The position numbers and the translations under genes are program-made. Under the pieces are notes generated by a model. It had not been told where the DNA came from. It did no database searches and saw only the letters and a program-made list of their open reading frames with translations. DNA of 64,000 nt from a virus: IMG/VR virus record IMGVR_UViG_3300021962_000023, positions 64,001 through 128,000 of that record; one strand, written 5' to 3'. Positions 63,990-64,000 of this stretch are shown here, in pieces (position 1 is the first letter of the stretch; each line of letters starts with the position of its first letter).

Positions 63990-64000
63990 TTTTACAAATG

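Noticed and set aside
1-64000. Stop-codon reassignment (TAG to Gln) as in some jumbo phages
   Set aside because: Core genes are full length in code 11, and TAG ends genes at positions matching TAA-terminated paralogs (33247 DFNV versus 36172 DFNI; 39941 DMGEF versus 37796 DGGSF).
1-64000. tRNA, rRNA or tmRNA genes
   Set aside because: Intergenic gaps are short and explained by promoters and terminators; no cloverleaf or rRNA-like sequence seen by eye. tRNAscan-SE or Infernal would confirm.

Overview
A 64 kb segment of an AT-rich, T4-like (myovirus-type) jumbo phage genome. Every credible gene is on the minus strand and uses standard code 11. In transcription order (high to low coordinates): ligase-like protein, terminase gp17, portal gp20, a block of small head-associated proteins, prohead protease gp21, scaffold gp22, major capsid gp23, neck gp13/14/15, a ~17 kb cluster of Ser/Thr/Gly-rich fibre genes (Mtd_N-like, fibrinogen-like, LamG, S74 and Hint domains) with an embedded glycosyltransferase, sheath gp18, tube gp19, a two-gene promoter/terminator-bounded insert, tail chaperone, tape measure and baseplate hub genes, a PhyH-family dioxygenase, a short family A DNA polymerase, then a replication/nucleotide block (gp32, RecA/UvsX, 5'-3' exonuclease, GroES, gp41 helicase, NrdB, NrdA, thioredoxin) ending in a Mom-like DNA-modification gene cut by the window edge. 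Repeated TTTG-N20-TAnnTTTG promoters and A-rich, SD-less leaders point to a Bacteroidota host. Most interesting signals: (i) two candidate programmed frameshifts, (ii) a putative late-promoter octamer that is the exact reverse complement of the T4 late promoter, (iii) a fibre cluster with shared terminal motifs, two self-cleaving domains and a glycosyltransferase, (iv) a family of proteins with gp21-type cleavable leaders, including nuclease-like and ligase-like enzymes, and (v) a structured, SD-bearing leader on the scaffold/capsid operon. All protein family calls are from motif recognition by eye; no searches were run.
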